This document shows positions 12,728-24,699 of a DNA stretch of 64,000 nucleotides, piece by piece. The stretch comes from Eledone cirrhosa. Taxonomy: Eukaryota. Each line of letters opens with the position of its first letter. Position 1 is the stretch's first letter. The position numbers were made by a program, and so were the translations under genes. Below the pieces are notes generated by a model. It was given only the letters and a program-made list of their open reading frames with translations, did no database searches and had not been told where the DNA came from. The stretch covers positions 95,108,001 through 95,172,000 of the forward strand of contig OZ024742.1 in NCBI GenBank assembly GCA_964016885.1, written 5' to 3'.

Positions 12728-13600
12728 TTCCTCCTCCTCCCCTTCCTTCTTTTCCTTGTTCTTGTTCTTCTCCACCCATTTATTCCTATCAAGTTCGTGG
12801 GGGCATGTCTTCCAGTGGATCCTATAACATGCAACTGTCTCCAATTCATTGGGCTTGATCTCCAAGAAAGACCAGCCCATATCCTGGATGTTACTCAACC
12901 ACCTTGCTCATGGTCTCCTTGTTGGTTTTTGCCCATAAAATCTGTCCTGTGTCCTCTGATTATTTACTGAGTTATACTACCCACATGTTCATAATATTGG
13001 AACTATGATATCAATTCAAAGAAATAGAGGCTCTGCCTGGAGTGACTCCCTTATTGCTGAGCTACACACTCTATTGAGTAACATTACTCCAAAGACCATT
13101 TGGGGTAACCCTATTCCAGCTGCTGGTGTTCACAATAATATTATTTTGGTCATTACCCAAGATTCATGACTATAGGTAACTCCCTTATTTTGTTGACAAA
13201 ATGCTGATGGTGGAGCACTACTGCATTAGCTTCTGCAAATCTTACACTTAATTCACCCGCATGCATTTCCTCACTCATGAACACAACCTCAGGATACTTG
13301 AAATTCTCCACCTGTTTTGGTAGAACTCCATACACATGTAGAGTGCACTGCATAGGCTTCCTTGAGATGACATTGTATCTCAGACTTTTTAGCACTGATT
13401 TTCTTTCCTGCCATGCAGCACTCAGCAGTAAAACTATTAAGTGCATGTCTGAGTTCACCTTCTGATGAGTTAAGTAGTACCATGTTGTTTGTACATTCTA
13501 GCTGACTGATCCTACTCCCATCAGTCATGATACCACTTTCAACTTGGCTTTGGGATTCAGAACACTGAAACTCATGAAGGGGAAGATGAAGGAACACACC
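12728..13600 (-). mobile_element. Expander/Rex3-type RTE 3' remnant
   Basis: Degenerate peptide ...RKPMQCTLHVYGVLPKQVENFKYP...; inverted homolog of 22650-23140; (GAA/GGA)n tail at the left. Confidence 0.7.
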
Positions 13601-14951
13601 AAATGGAGGGAAGATATACTTTGATGATATTCATGAAACGATGGTGATAACTCAAATGGTTCAGCCATAATAATGTGCAAAATGTTGTCATAAATGTATA
13701 GTTAACAAAGAAATGTTTAATGTTTCTTGAATTCCTATCAGCTTAATCTCTTGTTTAGAATATTACACTGTTATCTTCTTAACATTTGGTATTTTACATC
13801 TTAACTGCTCTCCAAAATTGGGAATTGATGTTTTAAGACAACAGCTAATGAAACATCTTTTAAATCTTGCTCTCCTTATATCTCTCTCTTTCTCTCTCCC
13901 TCCCTCTTCCACACACAGACATGATTTCTATGTAGCTTAGCTTTCTACAACTATAATTATCCTTTATTTTCTCTCGCTCTCTGTCCTCCCCCTTCTCTCT
14001 CTCTGGTTTACACATACAGACACACACATGCTTTCTTTCACTCTTAGTGTCTATGTAGCTTCATTTTCTACCACTATAATTATCTTTTTCTTGCTCTGCC
14101 TCTTACTTACTCTCACACTATTGATCTTTCTCTCTTACTCTTTATTGCTATCTCTTTTTCTCCCAAGCTCTTCCTCTCAATTCAATAATATTGGATAACT
14201 TCTCTCCTCTTCTTCTGAAATTTACTCTTCTCTCACTCCCCACTCTATATTCCTCTCTCCAATCATTTCTCATTTCCCAACATTCAAAATAAACATAACT
14301 CCATTAAATCACTCAGCAGTCCCTCTTAGCTAACCATTGAGCAAGCTTTTATAAATTTCCACCCAATATCCTCACAGTACTCCATCTTTCAATTATAAAC
14401 CACGTTTCATGTCAAAGAAATGTGTACAGCCATAAATATAACTGATATCTTGCATCATAGTGTTATGCTCTCAACTCCTGATGGAGCTATATGTTTGCGT
14501 CCAGAAATTGTCTTGAATATTTCAAACCTGGTGGAATCCATCGTTCCTTATGTCTGAACATAGTCGATTTCTTCCATAGGAAAGAAGATAGCTGGAAAGA
14601 AAGAGAAAGAGAGATAGTTGGGTAATAAAATCAAAAGGATGAAAGGCAAAGTTGACTATGTTGGGATTTAAAATCATAGTGCAGTGAGCGAGAGCAAATA
14701 CTAAGACATGTAATTTAATGCCCAGAATCTCTGCTAATTCATGACCTTGCATCATAGTCAAATCATTAATAGTTCATCTCACCTGATGCTCTGATACTAC
14801 TCTAAACTAAGATTTCATTTCATCAACCCCAACAGAATAATGACAAAGTACAACTTAACAAGATTTGAGATACTGTCATCTGATCTATAGCTACACAATG
14901 TGGTAACACACCTAATTCATGGATGCATGGAAAATAAATATAACACAGTGG

Positions 14952-14982
<31 letters not shown>

Positions 14983-16370
14983 AGGATCATTCAGTTTGAC
15001 AACTGCTCTTGTGTACTTGATAGAATTATGACCATACATAAGCAGTTTGTCTGCGATATCAGTAGCCTCGCTTCAGTACTGACTTAATTAAACTAGACCC
15101 ATCCAAGCCTTGCCTGCAGGTAAAGTAGATAATAATATATATATATATATATATATCAGAAAAGGTGTGGCAAAATACCAGGTGGACCATAACCCACCAG
15201 AGAACTAGATACTTGGGGTAGCAGAATGGGTAATATGAAAACATTCAGGACCCCAACTACTGACCTCCGGCCGTTTTGACAGCTAGATCCGAACTGAATC
15301 TCCAGTCTTCGAATGGAGGCAATCTAGCTGAACTTATCAAGGGGTACAGTCCATATATGGGCATACAGTCAAGGCAAAAAACAAAAAATAAAAAAAATCT
15401 TAAGAGTTTGTTGTTTTCTAGTTTTTCTCGGGGTTATCTTAGATCAAATGGCTGGTGTAGTCCTGCTAAATGTCGTTTATTTTATTTATTACATTCTTAG
15501 CACCGAGAGGCTAGACATGCAAAAGTGAAAGGGGAGTGGGTAGGTAGATTAATTGACCTGAAAGTGCCTAGCTAGTCAGCTGCACACAAAACTATTAAGA
15601 GAGATTTAATCTTTATCAACTATTTCCAATCTGTAGAGGTGTTTTGTGGTAAACTTCATTTCAAGAGAGAAAGAAGCTCAACGAGAGAAAATATATTTTC
15701 AGCATAATTAAGTCAAAATGAATTTATATTTTTGCTTTATCTTTACACTTTGCTAAAAGGCTAAGCATTTATAATTTATTATTATTTCTCCTCATCATAG
15801 AGAAATCTAGTTATCGATAGCTCCATGGCACGAGAAGAGTGCTTCATTCACTAATTAACATATTTTTTTATTTTACTTGTTTTCAAACACCCTATATCTA
15901 CCCTTAATCTTAAAGATAGTACTAGCTATTTCATATCTCATACTATTGTAAGTTAGCTAAAGTTCTATAGTAAAGTATATTCCTCAAAGTGCCTCCAAGT
16001 GCGAATTTAACATGTACATTAAATCCCTCGCCAATCATGGACAAAAGGATGTAATAGAAATAAATGTTAGTTAATAGTTTTCTTTAACAATTCTGATGCC
16101 ATAGTAAGTGATGGTTCTTGCACACTTGCATAATATAAGTTTATATGCCAGTACACATTAGCTCTATATACCATGCCTGCCATAGTAAAAGTCCGGTAAT
16201 AGCAATGAATAAGTTTGTGCATCATGGTTAAACTATGGGTAATAGGTCTAGTAAAGTGTCACAGCTATCAATTCAGCTGGCAATAAGTATAGTTTAGCAA
16301 GAATGAAAGTATTCTATTTCTACCTAAGGAAATTCAGGGAATGTTTACCATAGAGAAAATATATATACAA

Positions 16371-17276
16371 CTAGCAGTGGTACCCGGCGTTGCACGGGAT
16401 AAGGTATTTTGGAACGCCAGCCGCCAACAGACCTAATCGTGAAAAAACCGCATGCGTAGACAATATGTAAAGAAAATAAACCGAATACTCTGATGGCTGG
16501 ATAATCTTTAAGATTTTCCTCAATGAAGCAGGAAAAATGCAGGTTTTCACCTAATGCAGGCCCTATGGGGATCAAGAAAATGAATTTTTTTTTTATGTAC
16601 ATTGAAATTTCGGGAAAATCGGCTAGACATAACGCCTCAAAAGAGCCCTAAAAAGCAGAAAAAATGAAGTTTTTCACCTAATGCAGGCCTTAGGCCATAA
16701 AAAAGTTGCTCACGCTATGAAGAAGAGACTAACTAATACTTAGTTACAATTTCAAGGAAATCAGTCTGACATAACAACTAAAAAAAAACCTAAAAACCTG
16801 AAAAAATGCAGTTTTTCAAATTATGTGGACCCTAGGGGATCAAAAAGTTGAATTTTTTATGTGCATAACACTCCCTGAAACATAAGTAATACACATATAA
16901 ATTTGAAAAAAGTCGGTTGGGTACTTCTCGAGTTTTAGGGATTCAAACTCACAGACACACACACACACACATCCTCAGGGAAGTGACGTAATGCAGACTG
17001 TCAGACATACAGATAGATATTATAAGGGCATGACGTTATATGTATGTATCTATCTAAAAAGAGAAAGACTAAGAATTATCGAGAGAGATGACTAAATCGC
17101 CTAATGCGGTCCCTAGGGCATTGACAATTTAAAATTTGTTTTGCTCAGAACACTCCTTGAAACATAAGTATTACATGTGTAAAGTTTGAAAACAGTCGGT
17201 TGGGTGGTTCTCGAGTTTTAGGGATTCAAACTCACACACATACACAGACAGACATCCTCAGTTTTATATATATAGA
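16371..17276 (-). mobile_element. Non-autonomous Helitron family H1 with a duplicated 5' module
   Basis: On the minus strand starts TCTATATATATAAAAC and ends CCCGTGCAACGCCGGG..CTAG (subterminal hairpin + CTAG). 16830-16978 is repeated at ~17100-17261. Second copy at 37794-38435. Confidence 0.85.
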
Positions 17277-18204
17277 CTAGCAGAAAACCACCCGGTGGGC
17301 GGTTTTCTGTTAGTAAATCTAGTGTATATACTGATATTGTTGAGATTTGGATGAGAAATTTTTTCGGCACCACATGTTCACCGTCTCTCGGTGTGTCTTT
17401 TATGCATGTATAAATATATATGTTATCTATACGGTGAAATCTTTGAAATAAATATATGTTAAAACGAAAAAGGAGAAAATAAATAACTGGCGGTTAGAAA
17501 AAAATATTCCTATGAAATTTTAATCATACCATTAGGTGTGAATAAGGAAATATTTTTTTATTGTCAAAACAAATGTTCAAAAGTTAAACTTCAATTTTTT
17601 TAATTATTTCCAATTTTTTCATGAAATTGAACACTGGACATTGGCTGCTGGAAATGGAAATTAAATCGTATTTAATTGTATTTAAATTTCTAACCTTATT
17701 TTATTATTTATATTTTTTCAATAAGAAATAAAAAAAACAACAACAAAAATTGAATAAAAAAATTGAACAAATCAAACGTAAGTTATGGAACTGCGCAATC
17801 TGATTAATAAATTACCTCATCAGCAGCAACCTTCTTCAAATGGTCCTTATTATCAGCAGCAAGAACCACAAATTCAATGGCACCTTCTTCGCATGGTGTC
17901 AAGTCAGAACCACCTCAAACTGGTTACTTCTGGCTTGTGCAAGGTGTCTCTATAGCAACCAGCGATTCCCTCGGCCTCAGTCACCAAAGTCAGTGGAGAG
18001 GGGAAGGTAATGTTTCTATAAAGGAAGGGGAAGGTAATATTTCTGTAGCACGTGTTTTAGCATCTATTCACTCTCTCTCTCTCCCTCCCGCTATCCCCCT
18101 CTCGTAGTCTGTCTCTTTCTTTCACTCTCACTCTCTCTCTACGCACGTGTTTCCACTGTTGGATAGACAGACAGAGTAATTGCTGGTTATATATTATAAG
18201 GAGA
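17277..18204 (-). mobile_element. Non-autonomous Helitron family H2, joined head-to-tail to H1
   Basis: Minus strand starts TCTCCTTATAATATATAACC and ends ...GGTTTTCTGCTAG; hairpin at 17277-17313; the combined H1+H2 block sits between a16370 and t18205 with no TSD. Confidence 0.75.
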
Positions 18205-18939
18205 TAAGGAAAATATACAAAGTTCTATCTAAAAATGTTAGGGAAGAGTTAACAATAACAAAAATATTCAATTTCTACCTAAAAATGCTTAGGGTTTCCT
18301 CTCTCTAAGTGTGTAATTGGGAAGGATATTAAAGCCAAGATCTACCCACCTGGGTCGTGAGGGGGTTTGAAAGTAAGATATGTCTTCTATATTCTGTGTT
18401 TACATGAAGTAACAATTGGTCCTTTGCAAACAGCATCTGGTTTTTTCCTCCAACCATAAATTGCATGGATTGCATCCTCCCGATTAAGACCACATTTTAT
18501 TTATAAATTCCTTTTCTTTCACAAGTCACTAATGACCAATTTTCTTATCAGATAGATAGAGATAAATGTTTAAGTTTGTGTGCTGGAATGTTGAGTCCAT
18601 GAGAAAGGGTCAAACACTCGGTAAAATATATTGTGATGTACCCCTGAAAAACGAAGATGTTTCAGTTTGTCTAACTTTATTGAGTCATTAGTAATAGAAT
18701 AGTAACCAACATGACAAAATATCGAATGACAATCTGACAGAGTTGTTAGTAAATAGGACAAAATGTTTTGTTGTATTTGTTCTGGCTCTCTAAAAACTGA
18801 GTTCAAATCCCAGTAATGTCAAATTTCACTCAAACAGGCATTGATCAAACCAAAATTATAGTAATGACACTTGCATAAGGGGCCATACAGTGGAAGGAGC
18901 AAATCCAAACCATGTGGTTGTGATGCAAACTCTTTAACT

Positions 18940-19075
18940 ACACAGCCATGTCAGCATCTATATGCCACTATGGCCAAACTTAAACCACACAGCCATGTCA
19001 GCATCTATATGCCACTATGGCCAAACTTAAACCACACAGCCATGCTAGCATCTGTATCCCCCTATGGCCAAACTG
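18940..19075. repeat. 47-bp tandem triplication at a SINE 5' end
   Basis: cacagccatgtcagcatctatatgccactatggccaaacttaaacca twice, plus a third diverged copy. Confidence 0.85.
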
Positions 19076-20519
19076 CTAACAAACTTTGATTATTTAACAT
19101 GACATTTTAATTTTAAATCAAAAAATAAACACAAAATCTTTCGAGATGAGTTTGTGTTGAAAGACATCTAAATTGGTAAAAAGATAATCTATCACAGGAA
19201 TTTAAAATATTTAATTGAAAATGTCTACAGCTTATCCTGTCTACGATAGAACAAAATATTCATTAAAATCCAAGTAAATATATATATTAATTAGATTTTG
19301 GCTTCTTTATATTTTCTCTTAAGGGAATAAAACAGTTAAGTTTTTATATAATTTTAAACAACACATGATTTAAGTTTTTGTTTCAAAAAGTACTGAAAAA
19401 AAAAAAAAAAAGAAGGGAAGTAAAGAAAGAAATGGAAGAATAATTATTTTCTTTATGAACGTGTATATATATCATCTGCTTCATTCAAAATAGTGTACTT
19501 ATTAACACATTCATGATCATATTTGAAATGATATATACTGTATTCTAATCAATTGAAAAAGAATTTGGAGGAATTTACTAAAATTATGAATTGTTTTATT
19601 AATAAGGTGTTAGTTGATAATTTGGCAAAGTCATTAAAATGTTGAATAGAATGGTTTGTGTATTTCTTTTTACTGTCAGCTCTTCAGTTCAAATCCCACT
19701 GAAGTCTAATTTGCTTTTCATTCTTTTCAGGTTAATAAATAATTTTCCAGTTCCTCCTCTATATCTCTTTCTCAATTCCTCTCTATCACTCTCTCTCATT
19801 CTCTGGATGAAATCAAGCTAGGGATCCGTATGTACATACAACATTAAGATGGTGTTAGAAACATGTTAAATTAAGTTGGAACATATTAATTTAAGTAGGA
19901 GCTCTTTAAAATCGGTGGCTTTGTGCAGGTTGGTATTAAAAGGATAAATTAATATGGTTCAGGGGATAAATTTTGTATATTTTGTCAACTGTCCAGTATT
20001 TTTGTCTTGATAAAATGTCCCATGTGCACTCTTGAAGATGCACTTAGTATATTCTGTAAAGTAGTAGTGCTGATGACAAGATAAAATATACCTTGTGTAT
20101 TTCGTAATGTTGTAGTACTGGTACCACAATAAAAGGCACCCAGTACACTCTGTAAAATGGTAGTACTGCTACTACTATAAAATGCATCCAATACACTCTC
20201 TAAAATATTTGACATTAGCAAAGTTATCCAGCCATAGAAACCTTGCCAAAATATGTAATGTATGCATAAGACATATTTCCTTGAACTAGCCACAGTCTGT
20301 GATGACCTTTCTAACCTATGTCAGCATGGAAACCGGACATAAAATGATGTTGATTTTTGTTATATGAAAAGAATATATCACTAATTTAGGGAGATGATGC
20401 ACAAGATAATTCTACATCTTTGAACAGGTATTATAAGGAGAAAGAACTCTACCAACAAGTCAAAACTCCCATCTACATTGAGCTCATAATCATACTTTAT
20501 TTTTTAACTGGTTCTCTTT

Positions 20520-20840
20520 TATTCTTTTACTGATTTCAATCATTAGACTGTGGCAATGCTGGGACACTGCCATAAATGGTTTAGCTAATCATATTGATTG
20601 CAGTAATAATTTTTTCGATAATTTATGGATATTTTATTTTTGTGAAACCACTAATTTACAGCACATAGAGACATACACACACACAGATGACAAGTTTCCA
20701 CAAAGTCTGTCTACCACACAATGCATTGGTCAACCTGAGGCTATAGTGGAAGACACTTGGCCATGGTGACACATACTGGAACTGAACTCAAAATATATGG
20801 TTCTGAATTGATGTCTTCAACCAATCAGTCATGCCTGCAC
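20520..20840 (-). mobile_element. SINE-D copy
   Basis: cattagactgtggcaatgctggg...(CA)n...gaggctatagtggaagacacttgg; related pieces at 38640-38775 (-) and 44910-45065 (+). Confidence 0.7.
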
Positions 20841-21372
20841 CTCTTTTCAAAAATATTTTGTTGATTTAGAGAGCCACTAGAGTTTTTATATTCAAGATAT
20901 TTCTGCTTTTATTCAGGGCATAATTTGTTTATTGGATTTAAACAAGAAGTGCATCCTAGTGTAAAGCACTGCTTAAAAAATCTCATGATGACTATAAGCT
21001 TCTCAGAATGTGTGCAAAGCTAACCTTTGCTTTAGCAGGGAAAATAGCCTTAAAACGATTGTAGCTTTTGTTGTGATTTATATATAAATTTGATTATTTG
21101 AAAAATATAGTCAGTGTATTTTATTAGAAATATGGTAAAGAAATGTTTAAAGTGTTTATATTTATCTAAAAAACATTCCATCATAATGTTATGCAAGAAC
21201 ATTTGTCAAGCTGTTTCAAACACAAATTGATAATAAGAAAGTTAGTTATTTAATAAGATCCAGCTTAATTTTTAATTGTTTAAAAATTATACTGTTTTTC
21301 ATAAGAAATATGGTAACAAAAGAGTTAAACATTTTTACTATCAGCTGTAATGTTAGCTCCAGCATGAAATAA

Positions 21373-21477
21373 TCACCACCACCACCAGTACCACAACCAC
21401 CACTACTACCACCACCACCACTACCACCACTAACACAACTACCACCACCACCAGTACCACAACCACCACCACAACCA
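21373..21477. repeat. (ACC)n-type trinucleotide tract
   Basis: Directly visible; explains the Gly-rich ORF 21246-21482. Confidence 0.9.
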
Positions 21478-22039
21478 TACATTTTGGAAACTAAGAATCA
21501 AAATCTGTTTTCTAAAAGTGACAAAGGAATGCAAATTTCATGAGAAAATCTTTGGCAAGTAAAAACACCCCACAAACTTCACAACCACACAAATAGGCGC
21601 TCACACATATACAAACCTATACATACACATACAAACACACTCATACACCTACTCTCCATCACACACAAAACCCCCATACACAAACATATTTCTTTGAATA
21701 TATAATATATCACTATGGTGTTGTTGATTCACTGGAACAAAGAAAACATCAAATTTATATTCCTGCCATGAATAACAATAATAATAACAATAACAACAGC
21801 AACAATACTTGAAGAATTCTGAAATTACTTTGGATGAAAACTAAACATTTCAGCAAGCAGAAAAATTTTAATATGATTTCAATTTCATGAGACTAGAATC
21901 TTATTATATGTGTCCTACCATTTTCATAATGATGGCAGATTCATAAACTCTCTTGAAATTGCTACTTCTATCTTAGACAAAGTAAAAATGAATTTCTTGT
22001 TAATTGAAATGCGATTTATATTATATATTTGTTACAGTA

Positions 22040-23515
22040 ATTTGACCCTTTTGTTACAATATTTCTAATGAAAGGCACTGTCTTTTAGGTTTTGAAAAAG
22101 TTGGAAAATAATTAAGAATTTGAAGGGATTTGGTAATAACTTTTTCATTATTAAGTTGGTATTTGAGACATAAATTAGCAAATGTTCTTATATAAAATTA
22201 TGCTGGGATGGTTTTATATTAATTTGAATATGTTAACCCATTTCTTACCATATTTCTAATGAGACACTACCTTCTGATTTTCAATTCAATTTAAAATAAT
22301 CAAGAATTTAGAGTGATTTAGTAATCTAATTAACTTTCTCAACCAAATATTCACAATACAGCAGATCTTCAAGACATCATGGGAGTATTGTCAAGAGGTG
22401 TGTCCTTGTTTTGTCAACCTTGAAAAGGCATATGATTGTGTTCTGCGGGACCTGTTCTGGAAGGTTGTGCTGGAGTACGGGATCAATGGTTAGCTTTTTG
22501 CTGCCTTGATGTCTCTATATGAATACCCAAGTATTTGTTTAGATGACTGGTGATACATCAAAACCAATCAATGTGGGAGTCAGACTCTGCCAAGGATGCA
22601 TACTGTCACCTCTCCTGTTCATTATTTACATGAACAGGTTTGACATGCACAGGCGGAATGGAAGTGGTATCATGACTGGTGGGTGTAAAATCAGTTAGCT
22701 AGAATTTGCAGACAACATTGTATTACTTAACTCGACAAAGGTGATCTCCAACTTGCACTTGATATATTTGATGCCAAGTGTTGCATAGCTGCAATGAAAA
22801 TCCATGCTGCAAAAGCTGAGACACTCGTCCTCTGAAGAAACCCTGTGCAGTGCACTCTACATGTGAGTGGAGTTCCAGTGAAGCTGGTAGAGAAGATCAA
22901 GCATCTCTCATGGCCATGTTCACAAGAGATAGAAGGCAGAGGTCTGAATTAAGTGCAAGAATTGCAGAAGACCCAGGGTTAGACCCGAGCAAGATGGTTG
23001 GATAAGATCCATGAGTTTGGCTGGTCTTGCTTGGGGATCGAACCGGATTAGTTGTGATGGTTGCTTCTGATATGACCCACTGGAAGGAGTGTTTGAGTAC
23101 TCTTCCCCCACGACCCTCTCAGGAATACATAGGTGAAGAAGAAGATTAATTTGGTTTATGGAACACAACTTAACACAGGTTCTTAAATAATATTAAAATG
23201 GAAGGGTTTTAGATAGATATAAACTTTAAAACAAACAGTTTATATTGTGAAATTAGAGGACGGGTTTAAGGCATTTTGGTATCAAAATATTTCAAACTTT
23301 GATACGAACCCACTCAAATCTAGCTGTTTCAAAACCTCCCATTTCAAAGAGTTTCTATTTGAATTAAAATCTTCCACCATAATTTGATATAAGTATCATA
23401 AGTTACTATCATAGTAAGGAAATAATTAATAATTTTAGGTAATCCCTCAACATTCTTCATTAATTGATTGAAATATAATGTACTTCATTAGAAATATGGT
23501 CATAAAAAGGTTAAA
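22040..23515. mobile_element. Cluster of TTAA-ended MITE-like elements (piggyBac-like termini), one interrupted by an RTE remnant
   Basis: Ends ttaaccc(a/t)tt.ttaccatatttctaatg (22040, 22233) and agaaatatggt...aaaaggttaa (23490). Similar termini at ~6265, 21125, 21303, 24260 and 53970-54215. Confidence 0.5.
22340..23140 (+). mobile_element. Expander/Rex3-type RTE remnant (RT fragment + 3' end)
   Basis: Degenerate WEYCQEVCPCFVNLEKAYD, QGCILSPLLFIIYM, LEFADNIVL. Confidence 0.8.
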
Positions 23516-24699
23516 GGCGATTGATAAATATAGTGCTGCAGGGACCATAGTGGAATATACATAAGAAATAGTTATTGCTATTGGCATCAAATGTTTATCT
23601 TCCCTATCTTTGTTTTGCAATACAATCTATCTGTCTGAGTTATTATAACATTAGATATTCATTCCAGCTCTCTGCAATCTGAGATCAAATCTTGTTAAGG
23701 TTCACTTTGCCTTCCATTTTTTGGGGAGAATCAATAAATAAAGTACCAGCCATATGCTTGAATCAGCCCTGTCTCCTTTCAGCTGTAACAACCCAGCTGT
23801 TCCACTGGATCAAGGAAGGGAGGGCCGAGAGGGTATCTGAGATTGCTTATGACTGCATGGGCACAAACTTCTTTAGCCAAAGCACTGGAAATATTATGAA
23901 GTCATACTCTATTGTGAGTGACACCTCTGACGTTTCAACATTTAGCATTCTAGGATCTCACAATATATATGCCTTTACATATTTAGGAGCAATAATTAAT
24001 AACCCTGTAGTTGAGAGAGTATTTTCACTTGTATGATTAGTCATAGTAAATGTCAGAAATAGAATGCAGCTTAACAATTTCGCGACTAGTGAAGAATTTT
24101 GAGAAATTTACTACAATTAATAATTATTTGATTATTATGATACTAAAATAATATATGATTCTTGTATATGGAAGAATTTCATTTTACTAGAAATCCTTTA
24201 ACATACATGTTTTTTTTTTCATAGAACCAAGACTGGTTTTGGGTGTGTTAGTATCAAAATGGTTAAATGAATGTTTTAAGGAATTACTCTCTCTTAAAAT
24301 GCTAAAAGATTTTATATCTCATGAATTCTATTTTGTAAATTCTACTTGTTTCAATGTGGATGGCACTGATAGAAAGGAACATGATGTACATATCAGTACC
24401 ATTGTTTCCTCTACAAATATTTTGTCAAATTCCCTCCCACTCTCTACCATTATTACCTTGCGTCACCCTACTGAGTGATCTCCCTTGTATTTGGTTTATG
24501 ATAAATTACATATAGTATACTGTGTAACTGGTAGTATTGGTGCCATGATAAAATTGCATTATACTGTAAAGTGGTCATATTGATGCTATGATAAGATATG
24601 CCCAGTAAACTCAGTTAAATGTTAGTAATAGTGCCATGATGTGATGATGACGATTTTGAATTTTCATGTATTATTAGTTGGCTTCACAATTAGCTTTTG

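Noticed and set aside
15140-15400. Segment ending in an A-rich run, possible retrocopy 3' end
   Set aside because: No TSD, ORF or second copy visible, so it cannot be classified.
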